Positions 63,502 through 64,000 of a stretch of 64,000 bases of DNA are shown piece by piece. Position numbers and translations under genes: made by a program. Origin of the DNA: Candidatus Omnitrophota bacterium (GTDB lineage Bacteria > Ratteibacteria > UBA8468 > B48-G9 > JAFGKM01); NCBI GenBank assembly GCA_023819375.1, contig JAMWDI010000001.1, forward strand, positions 4,696-68,695. Reading direction: 5' to 3'. The notes below the pieces were generated by a model. The model ran no database searches. It had not been told where the DNA came from and saw nothing but the letters and a program-made list of their open reading frames with translations. How positions within the stretch are numbered: the stretch's first letter is position 1; the number at the start of each line of letters is the position of its first letter.

Positions 63502-63999
63502 TTAAGTCATTAAACAAGTAATAACAGTCGTAATAACTATATCTCTAACTTTTGCCCCTCTTGAAAGATCACTCACTGGTTTTGCAAAACCCTGTAAAAT
63601 TGGTCCATAGGCTTCAGCATTTGCAAGATATTGTGTTATTTTATATCCAATATTACCTGCATTTAAATCAGGGAAAATTAAAACATTTGCCTTACCAGCA
63701 ACAGATGAATATTCTTTTACTTTTCTCCTCGCAACTTCTTCATTTATAGCAGAATCTACTTGAAATTCTCCGTCTATATCAAATTCTTTATATTTTTCTT
63801 TTGCTATTTTTACTGCTTTCTGAACTTTTTCTACCATAGGATGTGAAGCAGAGCCTTTTGTAGAGAAAGATAAAAAAGCAATTTTAGGATTTTCATTCAT
63901 TAACTTTTTATAATTCATTCCTGTTGTAATACCAATCTCTGCCAGTTGATTTTCGTCTGGACATATATTCACTGCACAATCTGCAAAAAAATAGATCTT
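63502..63999 (-). CDS. pta: Phosphate acetyltransferase, 5' end beyond window
   Basis: FADCAVN.CP, LSFSTKGSA, IDGEFQVDSA, FPDLNAGNIGYK and PVSDLSRG; the frame is open to the window edge. Confidence 0.95.
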   Translation of the reverse strand, partial: KIYFFADCAVNICPDENQLAEIGITTGMNYKKLMNENPKIAFLSFSTKGSASHPMVEKVQKAVKIAKEKYKEFDIDGEFQVDSAINEEVARRKVKEYSSVAGKANVLIFPDLNAGNIGYKITQYLANAEAYGPILQGFAKPVSDLSRGAKVRDIVITTVITCLMT

Positions 64000-64000
64000 A

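Overview
Very AT-rich bacterial chromosomal window, standard genetic code. Repeated prepilin-type/H-X9-DG (DUF1559-like) genes and GntR-LacI regulators suggest a PVC-superphylum anaerobe such as Omnitrophota/Ratteibacteria; this taxonomy is inference only. Positions 1-14.7 kb form a minus-strand accessory tract of three paralogous cassettes: GntR-LacI regulator, then DUF1559-like pilin, then a large secreted glycoside-hydrolase-like protein. One cassette is intact and two are damaged by deletions. The tract also holds an IS256 remnant, an amidohydrolase and a tandem three-domain QueG/RdhA-like Fe-S protein that runs off the left edge and is missing from the ORF track. The remainder is mostly core genome: five tRNAs (Gly-CCC, Ser-CGA, Arg-TCT, Lys-CTT, Leu-CAA), yggS, nnrD/nnrE, rpmA, ald, an rnfCDG-(Isf)-EA operon without rnfB, murG/murC, rpsB/tsf, thrC, a trk operon, miaB, a Xer recombinase, ligA and a pta-GlmU-like-ACP-ackA operon. 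The main leads are two AcpS paralogues with complementary motif losses, an atypical ACP inside the pta/ackA operon, an unannotated 46-aa membrane ORF coupled into the trk operon, a yggS stop codon lying inside tRNA-Ser, co-diverged regulator/operator pairs, and widespread apparently leaderless promoters. All calls come from reading the sequence by eye; no searches were run.
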